From the NCBI GenBank assembly GCA_964016885.1, contig CAXHJY010001274.1, positions 1 through 64,000 on the forward strand: 64,000 bases of DNA, given 5' to 3'. The notes under the pieces are model-generated. The model had not been told where the DNA came from. It worked only from the letters and a program-made list of their open reading frames with translations, and made no database searches. Below are positions 14,856-33,130 of the stretch, piece by piece (within the stretch, counting starts at the first letter, position 1; each line of letters begins with the position of its first letter). Position numbers and translations under genes: made by a program. Source of the DNA: Eledone cirrhosa (Eukaryota).

Positions 14856-15572
14856 GGGTATCAAAAAATTTATAGGTCTCTACAAGTGGTAGGAGAGGGT
14901 GGGGAGTTGGATGGGTGCAGGTCATTGGTTGATAGAAAAGGGAATTCATTAAAAGCTAATTCTACAAAGCTATAGTTAATTTTTATTTTTATTTATATTT
15001 ATTTATGTTTTTTTAGAGTAACAAAGGCAGACAGAATTCTATAAACAGGTTCCGGATGGCATACCATTCCTTGTCAATAAGTTTCTCTTAAGCTAACAGA
15101 TGTCTATAAAATCAGTGGGGGGTCAGTCAAGCTCGATAGAATTAAAGAAGAGGGAGATTCTTTAAAAGCTAAAGTCATTAAGGTTCTACTAAGTGACAAA
15201 GGTCTAGGGAATTCTGCAGACAGATTCAAAATACTGAGTGCATATCTTACTATTATCTTCGAACTTCTCTTAAACTAATCAACAATATGCCAAAATCAAC
15301 AGACACATTCACAAAAAAACAAAAAAACAAAAAAACAAAAAAACAGAAAAACAAAAAAACACACATAAAAAACAAAAAAATACACATACTCACTCACACA
15401 CTTACGCGCAACCATAAACACACACACAAACACATATACACACATAAAAACACACACACATATATAAAAAATATATAAATATATATAAAAATATATATTC
15501 ATGTACACACACATACATACACACATACATACATACATACATATATAAAATACATATACACATATACATACG

Positions 15573-15624
<52 letters not shown>

Positions 15625-15649
15625 CATATATACATATATATACAAACAC

Positions 15650-15699
<50 letters not shown>

Positions 15700-15713
15700 A
15701 CACACACACACAT

Positions 15714-15746
<33 letters not shown>

Positions 15747-15761
15747 CATATATATATATAC

Positions 15762-15811
<50 letters not shown>

Positions 15812-15868
15812 CATACACATACATACACACACACACATATATACACAAATAAATAGACTCACACGCAT

Positions 15869-16215
15869 AAAAAACTTACATCGGCATGACCTCCAACACC
15901 TTTAAGACCCGCTGGTATGCCCATACCCACTCCTTCAGAAGACCGGATAAATCAAATCAAACAACACTCGCCTCCTACGTTTGGGACCTCAAAAGGAACT
16001 CCACCCCCTTCACGCTTAATTGGAAAATACTCCAGAAAGCGCGCTCTTACAACGGAGGACACGAGGGCTGCGACCTTTGTATTTCAGAGAGCTACGAAAT
16101 TTTATTCGCCAAGGGCCCGCTACTGAACAAACTCTCTGAACACTGCCCGAACTGCATGCACAAGAACTTTGCAACATTCAAACACTTTAAGCCAGTGTTA
16201 AAGCCCGATGGCTAA
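15869..16215 (+). pseudogene. Truncated PLE GIY-YIG endonuclease
   Basis: [50 protein letters not shown]. Confidence 0.88.
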
Positions 16216-16455
16216 AAACGACCTCCCCCTACTGGCCCATATACCTCCTCCCAACCCTACCCCCACCCCTCCTCAACCTGAAATACGGCCACTATGGTCA
16301 TGTGAGTACCTCTTTCGTATCTACATTTTCTGCCTGTAGAGGTGTCTTTATGTGCCTGTGTATATGCGTATATTTATTGAGTACCTATTTACATGTATGT
16401 GTATATATTTGTTTGTATATGTGTATATGTGTATGTGTGTGCGTGTGTATATATA

Positions 16456-16529
<74 letters not shown>

Positions 16530-16660
16530 TATATATATATATGTATATATATATGTTTGTGTGTATATGTGTTTTATGTGTGTATATTTATGTAGGTATA
16601 TGTATGTATGTGTTTGTGTATATGTATGTATGTATGTATATGTGTATATATATATATGTA

Positions 16661-16737
<77 letters not shown>

Positions 16738-16762
16738 GTATGTATATGTATATATGTGCGTG

Positions 16763-16793
<31 letters not shown>

Positions 16794-16895
16794 TTATGTA
16801 TGTGTATGTGTATATATATATGTTTGTGTGTATATGTGTTTTATGTGTGTATATTTTTGTATGTATATGTATGTATGTGTTTGTGTATATGTATG

Positions 16896-16953
<58 letters not shown>

Positions 16954-17085
16954 CGTGTGTATGTATGTGTATGTATGTATGTATGTATACGTGTGTATGT
17001 GTGTGTGTATGTTTATGTATATGCCTGTGTATGTGTGTATGTATGTATGTGTGTGTATATGCGTGTATATATATGTGTATATGTA

Positions 17086-17124
<39 letters not shown>

Positions 17125-17199
17125 ATATATGTATGTGTGTATGTATATATATATATATATGTATGCATGTATATGTATGTATGTGTGTATGTATGTATG

Positions 17200-17234
<35 letters not shown>

Positions 17235-17291
17235 GTATATATATATGTATATATATATATATATGTGTGTATATGTATATATGTATATGTA

Positions 17292-17322
<31 letters not shown>

Positions 17323-17331
17323 GTGCGTGTA

Positions 17332-17430
<99 letters not shown>

Positions 17431-17497
17431 ATGTGTGTATATATATATGTATATGATTGTGTGGGCAGGTGTGTGTATATATGTATATATATGTATG

Positions 17498-17557
<60 letters not shown>

Positions 17558-17699
17558 TATGTATATATATGTATATATATGTGTATGTGTGTGTGTATGT
17601 GTGTATGTATGTATATATATATATATATATATGTGCATGAGAGAGAGAGTGTGTGTGTATATATATTTTGTGTGTGGGTGTGTGTATGTGTGTATGCGC

Positions 17700-17757
<58 letters not shown>

Positions 17758-17792
17758 GTATGTGTATGTATATATATATATATATGTGTGTA

Positions 17793-17859
<67 letters not shown>

Positions 17860-17998
17860 ATATGTATATATATGTATATGTATGTGTATATGTATGTGTA
17901 TGTATATATGTGTGTGTATATGTGCGTTATATGTCTGTATATATATGTGTATATTTATGTATAGGTCTGTGTATGTATGTGTATGTTTGTGTATGTAT

Positions 17999-18050
<52 letters not shown>

Positions 18051-18083
18051 TTGTATGTGTGTGTATAGAGATATATATATATA

Positions 18084-18138
<55 letters not shown>

Positions 18139-18299
18139 ATGTATATGTATATATATGTGTATGTATATGTGTATATATATATATGTGTGTGTATGTGTGT
18201 GTGTATAGATATTTATACATATGTATACTCGTGTTTGTATGTATGCGTGTGAGTCTATTTATTTGTGTATATATGTGTGTGTGTGTATGTATGTGTATG

Positions 18300-18362
<63 letters not shown>

Positions 18363-18408
18363 GTATGTGTGTATATATATATATATGTATATATATGTGT
18401 GTGTGTGT

Positions 18409-18458
<50 letters not shown>

Positions 18459-18483
18459 GTGTTTGTATATATATGTATATATG

Positions 18484-18553
<70 letters not shown>

Positions 18554-19214
18554 CGTATGTATATGTGTATATGTATTTTATATATGTATGTATGTATGTA
18601 TGTGTGTATGTATGTGTGTGTACATGAATATATATTTTTATATATATTTATATATTTTTTATATATGTGTGTGTGTTTTTATGTGTGTATATGTGTTTGT
18701 GTGTGTGTTTATGGTTGCGCGTAAGTGTGTGAGTGAGTATGTGTGTTTTTTTTGTTTTTTATGTGTGTTTTTTTGTTTTTCTGTTTTTTTGTTTTTTTGT
18801 TTTTTTGTTTTTTTGTTTTTTTGTTTTTTTGTGAATGTGTCTGTTGATTTTGGCATATTGTTGATTAGTTTAAGAGAAGTTCGAAGATAATAGTAAGATA
18901 TGCACTCAGTATTTTGAATCTGTCTGCAGAATTCCCTAGACCTTTGTCACTTAGTAGAACCTTAATGACTTTAGCTTTTAAAGAATCTCCCTCTTCTTTA
19001 ATTCTATCGAGCTTGACTGACCCCCCACTGATTTTATAGACATCTGTTAGCTTAAGAGAAACTTATTGACAAGGAATGGTATGCCATCCGGAACCTGTTT
19101 ATAGAATTCTGTCTGCCTTTGTTACTCTAAAAAAACATAAATAAATATAAATAAAAATAAAAATTAACTATAGCTTTGTAGAATTAGCTTTTAATGAATT
19201 CCATTTTCTATCAA

Positions 19215-19276
19215 CCAATGACCTGCACCCATCCAACTCCCCACCCTCTCCTACCACTTGTAGAGACCTATAAATA
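19215..19276 (+). promoter_or_regulatory. Candidate Pol II promoter (CCAAT plus TATAAATA) in the family B pLTR
   Basis: ccaatgacct...ctcctacca...tataaatacca is conserved in the diverged relative at 33394-33453, ~30 nt upstream of the hammerhead core. Confidence 0.5.
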
Positions 19277-19298
19277 CCATATTAATTTTTTGATACCC

Positions 19299-19349
19299 AG
19301 ATTCCTGATGATTTCTAATGAATGAAACAGTTCTAGTCCTGTAGAATCT
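19299..19349 (+). ncRNA. Hammerhead ribozyme (family B)
   Basis: agattc-CTGATGA-tttctaatgaat-GAAA-cag ttctagtc ct-GTA-gaatct; 4 bp stem III. Confidence 0.75.
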
Positions 19350-19434
19350 CATCTATATTAAATCTGTTATACTCTGCTATGTATTGAGTACCTTACTTAC
19401 TGTGGTTACCTCCGATTCAACCCGGAATAACGTA

Positions 19435-21300
<1,866 letters not shown>

Positions 21301-21525
21301 CAGTTGAAAATTGCAAACTTGACTGTCACCACACATTATGAACCTGAAGATTGCGAAAGCATGAAAGTACTTGTTCAATTAACACTTAACATTTAATATT
21401 CTACCATACTATTTCATTCTAATACCATTATACATTTTAAAGGATTGTAAATAAAACGAGTAAATCAGACAAAGTTGGAATTCCTTTTATTAAAATAATC
21501 TATCTATACACAATCATACACACCC

Positions 21526-21604
<79 letters not shown>

Positions 21605-21608
<4 letters not shown>

Positions 21609-21836
21609 AACGAATAGGACCATGACGGCTGAGCTCAAGCCGTTTCGACGGCTAATTCTGGACTAAAAAAAAAGAAAAAAAAAAGATTTTTTTTTTTAGT
21701 CCAGAATTAGCCGTCGAAACGGCTTGAGCTCAGCCGTCGGTGTCCTACTCGTTCCTATTACTCACTCTACTACCCTAAGTATTGAGTACTTTGGTGCGTT
21801 ATGGTCCACCTGGTTCCTTACCACATTTCCTTCGTT
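21605..21836 (+). mobile_element. Mini PLE insertion (family C): inverted arm, direct arm and tail
   Basis: Palindrome ~21605-21757 plus an ~80 nt tail. Carries the 3' half of a hammerhead (GAAACGGCT..AGCCGTC); sits in (TA)n. Confidence 0.75.
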
Positions 21837-21958
21837 ATATATATATACATATATATATACATATATATATATATACATATATATATATCATTTCATTTTT
21901 TTTTCTTTTCATTTTACGTCCGCTTTTTCCCTGCTTGCAAGCGTATATATATATATAC

Positions 21959-22037
<79 letters not shown>

Positions 22038-22128
22038 TATATACATATATATACATATATATATATAAAATATTAAAAAAATAATGAATAAAACAATGAA
22101 ACAGTTCCTTATATTAAACAAAAAAAGT

Positions 22129-22279
22129 TCATTATTTAACGATCGTTTCTAGGACATATATGTGTTAGAATTGGCATGCATATTCAAAAGATCTATGTAC
22201 AAAATTATACAAAATTATACAAACTATCAAATAGAATATACATACCAACACATACATATGCCGTCTTCAGAAATAATGA
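22129..22279 (-). ncRNA. Hammerhead with extended stem II (family E, inverted copy)
   Basis: Reverse complement of 23741-23891. Confidence 0.68.
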
Positions 22280-22641
22280 AGTATATTTATTGATAATAAC
22301 AACAATTCAAAATTACAGGTCTGTTTGGGAACAGATTTTAAATAGACCAATGAAATACATAAAAATACATCAAGAAAATACAGTTAGGTGTGTGTATATA
22401 TGCAAGTAACTTCGTTCACAGATATGCATAAAAATGTATGCTCACATGCATACGCATGTCGAAAAAGTGTATGTAAATACAAAAATTCAGGGCTAATGTC
22501 TCTGTATGTTTATAATCCACAGACAAAATACACATACGTATACATACATATATACACTCATATATACACACATATACATACATTCATACACACACACGCA
22601 TATACACATAAACATACACATACCCACGAACACACACACAC

Positions 22642-22674
<33 letters not shown>

Positions 22675-22901
22675 TACGTATATATTATTATTATAACTAT
22701 ATGGATATTGAGGCGCACACATAAACACGGCCACATACACTTACATCTAGATGCAGAACTAAAAATAGGTAAGGGAGTAAGTAATTACAGAGGGTGTCAG
22801 ACTCAGCATATTTATAAAAATGTATCTATAAATTTAGAAATAAAAAGAAATATATTAAAAGAAATAAACAAGTAAAACATATACTCATACATATAAATAC
22901 A

Positions 22902-22959
<58 letters not shown>

Positions 22960-23740
22960 TACATATATATATATATACACATACACACACACACACATAT
23001 ATATACACACATACTCACAACACACATATATACATATATGTACAAACACATACACACATACATACACATACATATATATATATATATATACATATATATA
23101 CATATATATATACACACATATATATACACACACATATATATACACACACACACATACATATACGCATATATACATACACACACATACACATGTATATATA
23201 TACACACAACCACACACTCACACACAACTCAGACGTACATAAATATAGAGACATACATACACACATATATATATATACATATATACATACATATAAATAT
23301 ATATACACACACATATATATACACACATATATATATATATATATAAAAAAATAAATAAATACACACAGTCAGACAATTATGCACATATGTTCGTGGGTAT
23401 GTGTATGTTTATGTGTATATGCGTGTGTGTGTATGAATGTATGTATATGTGTGTATATATGAGTGTATATATGTATGTATACGTATGTGTATGTTGTCTG
23501 TGGATTATAAACATACAGAGACATTAGCCCTGAATTTTTGTATTTACATACACTTTTTCGACATGCGTATGCATGTGAGCATACATTTTTATGCATATCT
23601 GTGAACGAAGTTACTTGCATATATACACACACCTAACTGTATTTTCTTTATGTATTTTTATGTATTTCATTGGTCTATTTAAAATCTGTTCCCAAACAGA
23701 CCTGTAATTTTGAATTGTTGTTATTATCAATAAATATACT

Positions 23741-23891
23741 TCATTATTTCTGAAGACGGCATATGTATGTGTTGGTATGTATATTCTATTTGATAGTTTG
23801 TATAATTTTGTATAATTTTGTACATAGATCTTTTGAATATGCATGCCAATTCTAACACATATATGTCCTAGAAACGATCGTTAAATAATGA
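23741..23891 (+). ncRNA. Hammerhead with 114 nt stem II (family E)
   Basis: tcattattt-CTGAAGA-(114 nt)-GAAA-cgatc-GTT-aaataatga; perfect 9 bp stem I. Confidence 0.7.
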
Positions 23892-24080
23892 ACTTTTTTT
23901 GTTTAATATAAGGAACTGTTTCATTGTTTTATTCATTATTTTTTTAATATTTTATCTTGACTCTGTATTCCGTTTATCTTTCACCGAAAGTGATTTCTGC
24001 ATCTCTTCTTTCCATGATATCCGGATTACATTGAGTTCTTCATACGGATTGGAAACTACCGTAAACTTTTGGTAGATTTA

Positions 24081-24138
<58 letters not shown>

Positions 24139-24232
24139 CATATATATATATATATATATACATATATATACATATATATATATATACATATATATACATA
24201 TATACATATATATACATATATATATATATAAT

Positions 24233-24639
24233 ATAAGATCAAAAGATGGTTAAAGGAGTTCCATGTATTTTATTATGCGCATTTCAAAAACAAACATCAT
24301 CATGCAATAATATTTGTGTTTTCATCAGATAAAACAGGAGAACATGATATGAAGGCTAAAAACACTTGTGGATAGTGCAGTTTTAAATCAACATATCAAA
24401 CTGCACTATCCACAAGTGTTTTTAGCCTTCATATCATGTTCTCCTGTTTTATCTGATGAAAACACAAATATTATTGCATGATGATGTTTGTTTTTGAAAT
24501 GCGCATAATAAAATACATGAAACTCCTTTAACCATCTTTTGATCTTATATTATGTATTCTCCAGTCCTACAAACTGTAGAGTGCTTCTTATCCGATATCT
24601 GCATTGCTTTATTGTACTACAATAAAACTCACCTCCTAC

Positions 24640-24640
<1 letters not shown>
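24233..24640 (+). mobile_element. Palindromic mini PLE insertion (family F) with tail
   Basis: ~150 bp arms around ~24390. Hammerheads at 24264-24336(-) and 24445-24517(+); tail 24549-24640. Confidence 0.82.
24445..24517 (+). ncRNA. Hammerhead ribozyme (family F)
   Basis: gttttat-CTGATGA-aaac..gttttt-GAAA-tgcgc-ATA-ataaaat; palindromic atgcgcat. Mirror copy at 24264-24336; further copies at 37125-37197 and 38862-38934 (-). Confidence 0.75.
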
Positions 24641-24680
<40 letters not shown>

Positions 24681-24874
24681 CATATATATATACATATATA
24701 TATATATACATATATATATACATATATATATACATATATATATACATATATATATACATATATATATGCATATATATATACATATATATATACATATATA
24801 TATACATATATATATACATATATATATACATATATATACATATATAATATATATATACATATATATATACATAC

Positions 24875-24966
<92 letters not shown>

Positions 24967-24974
24967 CATATATA

Positions 24975-25028
<54 letters not shown>

Positions 25029-25029
<1 letters not shown>

Positions 25030-25258
25030 GCGAGGGAAAAGTGGTAAGGAACCAGGTGGACCATAACGCACCAAAGTACTCAATACTTAGGGTAGTAGAG
25101 TGGGTAATAGGAGTAAGTAAGACCCCGACGGCTGAGCTCAAGCCGTTTCGACGGCTAATTCTGTACGCATTAGCCGTCGACTAATTAGCCGACGGCTAAT
25201 TCTGTACAGAATTAGCCGTCGAAACGGCTTGAGCTCAGCCGTCGGGGTCTTACTTACT

Positions 25259-25262
<4 letters not shown>
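25029..25262 (-). mobile_element. Mini PLE insertion (family C) with scrambled fold-back centre
   Basis: Same arm and tail sequence as 21605-21836. Confidence 0.75.
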
Positions 25263-25328
<66 letters not shown>

Positions 25329-25330
25329 CA

Positions 25331-25625
25331 TATATATATATATATACATAAATTAATAAAAATAATGAATAAAAACAAAGAAACAGTTCCTTATATTAAA
25401 AAATTCATCATTTTACGATCGTTTCTAGGATATATATGTGTGTGTTGGCATGTATATCATATAGATCTATGTAAAATTTTTCAAACTATCAGAGGGAATA
25501 TACATACCTACACATATATATGCTGTCTTCAGAAATAATGATATTTGTTTATTGAAAAAAACCAACAAAGATTTAATATAATAGGTCTGTTTGGGAACAG
25601 GTTTTGAATTGACCAATAGAAAGGT
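25331..25625 (-). mobile_element. Diverged family E-like pLTR with long stem II hammerhead (25405-25541)
   Basis: Aligns by eye to 22070-22350; tcattattt-CTGAAGA...ccta-GAAA-cgatc-GTA-aaatgatga. Confidence 0.7.
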
Positions 25626-26131
25626 AGTAAGTGGTCAAGATGGTAGAATAGTAGTAATAGAACTTTAATTTAGGGGTAGAGGAAAGCAGATTTAAGTTTT
25701 GAATGGAAAGAGTATAATGAATGAAAAGATTTTTGGGGGTGAAATTAGGTCAAGTCGGTAAAAGGTACACGAAAAATTGATGTTATAAAAGAATAATGCT
25801 AATGTAAATATCTAAGGAGAATAAAATTTTACGATAAATGTGTTAGTGAAAAATATCAATCTTATTCAAAATATAAGGAATTTACATCTATAAAAAGAAA
25901 ATAAATTAATTAAATTGATAGGTATATATATATACAAATGGAAGTACAGCATAGCCGCAGCTAAGCCAACGAATGCAATCAGAAAGAGCAGCCAAGCACT
26001 GGATAAGGTATAAAACCTTAGATTAATAACATTACGTTTAAAGGGCTTTGCAAATTGAAGATACCAGCCGGTAATTCAGCCGCAGGGACCGTAGCAACGA
26101 AAGAGCTGACTCGCGAGCAAAAATAAACACG

Positions 26132-26223
<92 letters not shown>

Positions 26224-26529
26224 CGTATGCTTGTACGTATGTATTTATGTATTTGTACGTATCAATGTATGTGTGCTATTTTGCAAATGGTGGTTGTTTT
26301 AAAGAAAACCAAGATAACAACTGTATATATAATCGATGTTTCTTCACCTACTGAGACAGGAAAATATCAATATATAAGTAGATGCAAGGACTGTACACAA
26401 CTACTGCCACCAAGGTGTTGAAGTTTACACGATTTCATGTGTTCTTCAAAAATATGCAGCATGGCGACGTAAACAATTGTTCCCAAACACAGCACAGACA
26501 TTTCCGTACATGTAGACAAAACTGCACAC

Positions 26530-27218
<689 letters not shown>

Positions 27219-27343
27219 GCATGCATTATTTAAATATATACATGCGTGTGTATGTGCATGTGTTAGTTTTTCTACATCTACTTGCAGATAGATGCAACAA
27301 GCGCGCACACAAACACATTATATATATATATATATATATATAT

Positions 27344-27656
27344 GCAAAAGTTCTATTTAAAATTGTTGGAATACAACAAGTAAATATTTTTATAACTGAT
27401 ATAAAGCACTCGACAAGTATTGGGAGTAGATATACGATATTAATAAATGGAAACTATATTTATAAAACCATCCGGATGGCTTCCAAAAATAATGGTTGCA
27501 TTTTAAAAGGGTACGTCAAAGCTTATTTGTAAAACTGTTATATATTGTATTTTGTCTGATGAAGGCATACCATAATTTTATTTGGTATCCCTGAAATATG
27601 TATAATGAAATAAATATGGTTTTATAAATATAGTTTCCATTTATTAATATCGTATA
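27344..27656 (-). mobile_element. Mini PLE insertion (family D-like) with hammerhead at 27541-27617(+) in the inverted arm
   Basis: Tail 27344-27430 resembles 3311-3398; tattttgt-CTGATGA-aggcatacca..tggtatccct-GAAA-tatgt-ATA. Confidence 0.78.
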
Positions 27657-27676
27657 TATATATATATATATATATA

Positions 27677-29005
<1,329 letters not shown>

Positions 29006-29509
29006 TTATGTATATATATATATTTATTTATTTATTTAACTTCTAGTTGAGTGCTTAATTCGGTTTGTGTAAAGGAATTTTATTCCTTTGTTCCAAACTT
29101 TGATTTGACCGCCAAAACCGGGGTTTACCTCCCTTCGGGAAAACCATGTGCCTTCTACCAGTGTTTACTGCTATTATTCACACCCGGGCGGACGAGAACG
29201 AAAAACTTGTTGAAGTAAATTCCCCTGTTCTATCTTCCCAAATCCATTAACTTGCAGACCCCTGCAAGTGGATTTTGTCGATTTCGGATTTACAGAAACC
29301 TAGCGGAGATATTATATATTATATGTGATGTGTATTATATGGTATATATCATGTGTTGTGTATGGTAACGACGCGACGGTCCAGGTTTGTCATATTTTAT
29401 CCTGATTTCAGTTTCTTTCGTCACTTTGATCACTGCGGCCCACATATCCGTCGCTGTCTTCAACTTGCAAAGCTGTCTAAACGTAATGTTATAAATCTAG
29501 GGTAATATA

Positions 29510-29595
29510 CCCTATTGAGTGCTTAGCTGCACACCGAGATTGCATTCGTTAGCTTGGCTGCAGCCGGAGCTTCGATGATGCTGTAATAAATTTTG

Positions 29596-29626
<31 letters not shown>

Positions 29627-29930
29627 CATGTAAATACATACACATATATATTTTTTTTTATTAAAAATCCTGTGGTACCAGTGTTTGGGAAGTGCCACCA
29701 AATGATCCCGAAGAAGAGCCGAGTGAGGAGTGTTGCCACTTCTACATTGTGGGGTGGGTTGTACCACGTAACTCTACGTTTCCTGTTCCGGTGGTTGTTG
29801 AGTACTTCTTGTGGTTCGTCGAATTCCGTGTCTTGCTTAAATCCGCAGCGTCTAAGGGTATCATTGTAATAGGTGACTCGCACATGGAAGATCTGCTTGG
29901 TCATGGTCAGCCGGGAGATATGGTTGGAGA
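29510..29930 (-). pseudogene. Degenerate Hydra-type PLE thumb/linker remnant
   Basis: ISRL..YYNDTLRRCGF..RKRRVTWYNPPHNVEVAT..HFP parallels ISSL..YYNDALARSGF..YFNPPFNSEVAI..NFP of family A. Confidence 0.7.
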
Positions 29931-29939
29931 CGTCGTAGT

Positions 29940-30790
29940 TATTATTGTTCATGGTGGTGTTGTTGTTATTGCCATTTGTGTCGTCTTTGCTACTCTTAAT
30001 TTTGTTGTTTGCTTCTGTTATATTTGTTGTTACAGTGACGACGAAGATGATGATGGTGGGGGATGCTGGTAGGCGGGTGTTGATGATGGTGGGGGATGCT
30101 GGTAGGCGGGTGTTGATGATGGTGGTGGTGCTGGTGCTGGTGCTGGTGCTGTTGGTTGGCATTGGCGGTGGATGAGGCAGTGTTCTTGCAGGTATTGTTG
30201 TCGCTTTTTGTCAATATTATTTTATTTGGTAGATTGGCAGTATCGGTAGAGGGTCGTACGCCATGCTTTGCAGCATAGAGTTATGGCCCTTTACGGTCTG
30301 AGTTCAAATCCCACCGAAGTTAACTTTGCCTTTCATCCTTACGGCGTCGATAAAATGAAGTACCAGTAATGCACTGGGATAATTGCTGGCCTTGTACCAA
30401 AAGTACAAACAATTATTTTATTTTGTTGTTTCTCCTGCCGCGTTATTGTTGTTGTTGCTGCTGCTATTGTTGCTGTTGTTGATATTGCTGCTGCTGTCAC
30501 TAAGTTTTACAATTTAACCGTTCCATTCTGGGGACGGCCGGTTCTTCCTTCCAGTAGCTGTACACTCCTGGTCTGCCATCTTGGTTTTTCTTTCAAACAA
30601 AAATTGAGGAGTGTGTTTGATAAACAAACCCCGGTTTAGCAGGTAATGGCTACAGGTAGAGCTAAACCAACGAGCTCACATAGATACCGATTAGTTTAAC
30701 TACAGAAACGTCACAAACGTTCAATACGATAGGTTGAATAGCAGCGTGAAAATTTAACGAACTTACGGAGCAATTTATGATATTGTGTGG
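29940..30790 (-). mobile_element. Possible decayed 5' end (5'UTR and Asn/Ser-rich ORF1 start) of a Tx1-related LINE
   Basis: ttgctccgtaagttcgttaaattt resembles ttgctgagtaagttctgtttaaattt in the 5'UTR at ~62020-62047. It is followed by MADQ.. and an N/S/T-rich frame with stops. Confidence 0.35.
30228..30416 (+). mobile_element. tRNA-derived SINE
   Basis: A box tggcagtatcgg, B box gagttcaaatcc, body gcctttcatcct..gtcgataaaat, and (ATT) tail; dispersed copies in the window. Confidence 0.8.
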
Positions 30791-32047
30791 AGACAGGAAG
30801 CAATACTACTACTACAACCACAACTACTCCTACTATTAATAATAATGATAATACTAATAATCCTGGTATAACGATTCTGATATCTAGAAACAATTGTAAT
30901 GGAAGGAAGACGGCAGAGGAGTAAAGTCAGATTTTTCGCTTTATTGAAAACACGAATGCTTGGTCGGAGAAAGCTTAGCGACGTCTTGTTTAAATTTTTC
31001 AATTTTTGTCTTCCTTAGATATATGTATACATGTTTATACATATATACACGTAAATATATATATATATATATATTTATTTATATTTATATTTACATGTAT
31101 GTATCGCTGTATGTATGTATGTATATGAGTATATGTGGATTTGTGAGTGTTTTATGTTTTTTTAAATCGATGGACATCGAATACCTCAGTGTTTGCGCCT
31201 GCTACTATCAAAGAAAGAAGTAGGGAGTATTTTTAATTTACCGAAATCAATTATACACTTTGTCGCTTGTCAAAAAACGTTTTTAGGAAATCTATGGCAA
31301 ATTAAGAAAAAATGTTTCCAGTAGATTAAGCGTTTTTAAGATACTTAAAAGAGAAAGAAAAGAGAGATAAAAGAGTTGAAAATTTTCCAAAGCAACTTAC
31401 CATTCTTCCTTGCTCTGAATAAGAATTGAATTATTCTTCAAAAGAACCTTCAGTACACATTTTTGTTTTGATATTATGTTTTTAATTTTGCGTTTTTAGT
31501 TTTGTTTTTGCTGTGGTTGTTGTTTTTAATTTTTCTTTCATGTAAGAATAAATAAATTATTTCACCATAAACGCTCCAGTAGAAAAGTATTTAAGTGTTT
31601 GTCGGAATACAAGAGGTAGGAGGGTTTGGGATGACGATAAATAATATATGAAGCAAATATATTATACCATGCTATACCTACATGAAAACAATGAGGAACA
31701 CAGGAGGGAAATAGGAAAATGTACTTTTCGCATTACATGCTAGAATTTACATCTCTAAATATGTATACACAACAGATACTGGCACATAAGTGCAGGCACA
31801 CACGCATTCACACACAAACACACACACACAAATACGTGCCACTACACACATACACAACACACAGAGATGTATGTATAAATATATGAAGGTGTGTGGGCGT
31901 AAATTACCAAGCAGCTAAAAGTGTACTCTGTAATATTAAGTAGAATGGAATAACTTCATTTATTCAAAGCCGAGTCTGCAAGAGATGGTAATCGGAGTCT
32001 CTTGTTCCCAATACACGAGTGTGTATGTATGTGTGTGTATATCTATA

Positions 32048-32163
<116 letters not shown>

Positions 32164-32199
32164 CGCATAATATATATATATATAGAGAGAGTGAGAGAT

Positions 32200-32244
<45 letters not shown>

Positions 32245-32247
32245 CGC

Positions 32248-32307
<60 letters not shown>

Positions 32308-32332
32308 TATATATCTATATATGTAGGTATGT

Positions 32333-32376
<44 letters not shown>

Positions 32377-32682
32377 CGTGTGTCTGTGTGCACATATGTG
32401 CGTATAGATATGTATATGCATGTGTTTGTGTATAGATTGTTGTGAGATAAGAAGATATGATACTGACAAGAGAAACGAACTAATGCAAATATAATGCATG
32501 CACTGATAAAGCCTCTATATTCATATATACACATATATGGATATATGAACATATATTTCTTTAGAAACTAAACTTCTGCAAACACGACACAAATGTTTAT
32601 GTTTTTACTTAGTAACTAAATGGAGGAAGCAGCGATACAATATATGAACAAAAATATTTGTAAACACCTTGCTATCCGTGTC

Positions 32683-32910
32683 GAGTACCAGTAATGCACT
32701 GGGTAATTGCTGGCCTTGTGTCTAAAGTAGAAACAATTATATATAACAGAAGAGGTAGTGGATTTGGGGTATCGGTACAGGGTCGGACACCATGCTTTGA
32801 CGCATAGTTACGGCCCTTGCCATTCTGAGTTCAAATCCCGCCGAGGTTAACTTTACCTTTCTTCCTTACGGGGTAATTGCTGGCCTTGTGCCAAAAGTAG
32901 AAACAATTAT
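32683..32910 (+). mobile_element. SINE 3' fragment plus internally deleted SINE copy
   Basis: Matches 30228-30416. Confidence 0.75.
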
Positions 32911-32946
32911 ATACATAAATAAATCTATGCATATATCTATGTATAT

Positions 32947-33130
32947 AACGAAGCAAGTGTGGTAAGGAACCAGGTGGACCATAACGCACCAGAGTACTCA
33001 ATACTTAGGGTACTAGAGTGGGTAATAGGACAATTTAAAGACCCCGACGACAGAGCTCGAGCCGTTTCGACGGCTATTTCTGGACTGAAATAGCCGTCGA
33101 AATGGCTCGTGCTCAGTCGTTGGGGTCTTG
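32947..33130 (-). mobile_element. Mini PLE insertion (family C)
   Basis: Tail plus palindrome around ttctggactgaaat. Confidence 0.7.

Larger units (their letters stand above)
14790..19434 (+). mobile_element. 5'-truncated Hydra-type PLE (family B) with inverted pLTR
   Basis: 14790-15868 is an inverted copy of ~18243-19362. EN fragment 15869-16215, microsatellite-rich 3'UTR, and tail 19363-19434. Confidence 0.88.
22067..24080 (+). mobile_element. Non-coding PLE insertion (family E): long inverted arm, direct arm and tail
   Basis: 22067-22630 is the reverse complement of 23388-23955. Tail 23956-24080; a hammerhead in each arm. Confidence 0.82.
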
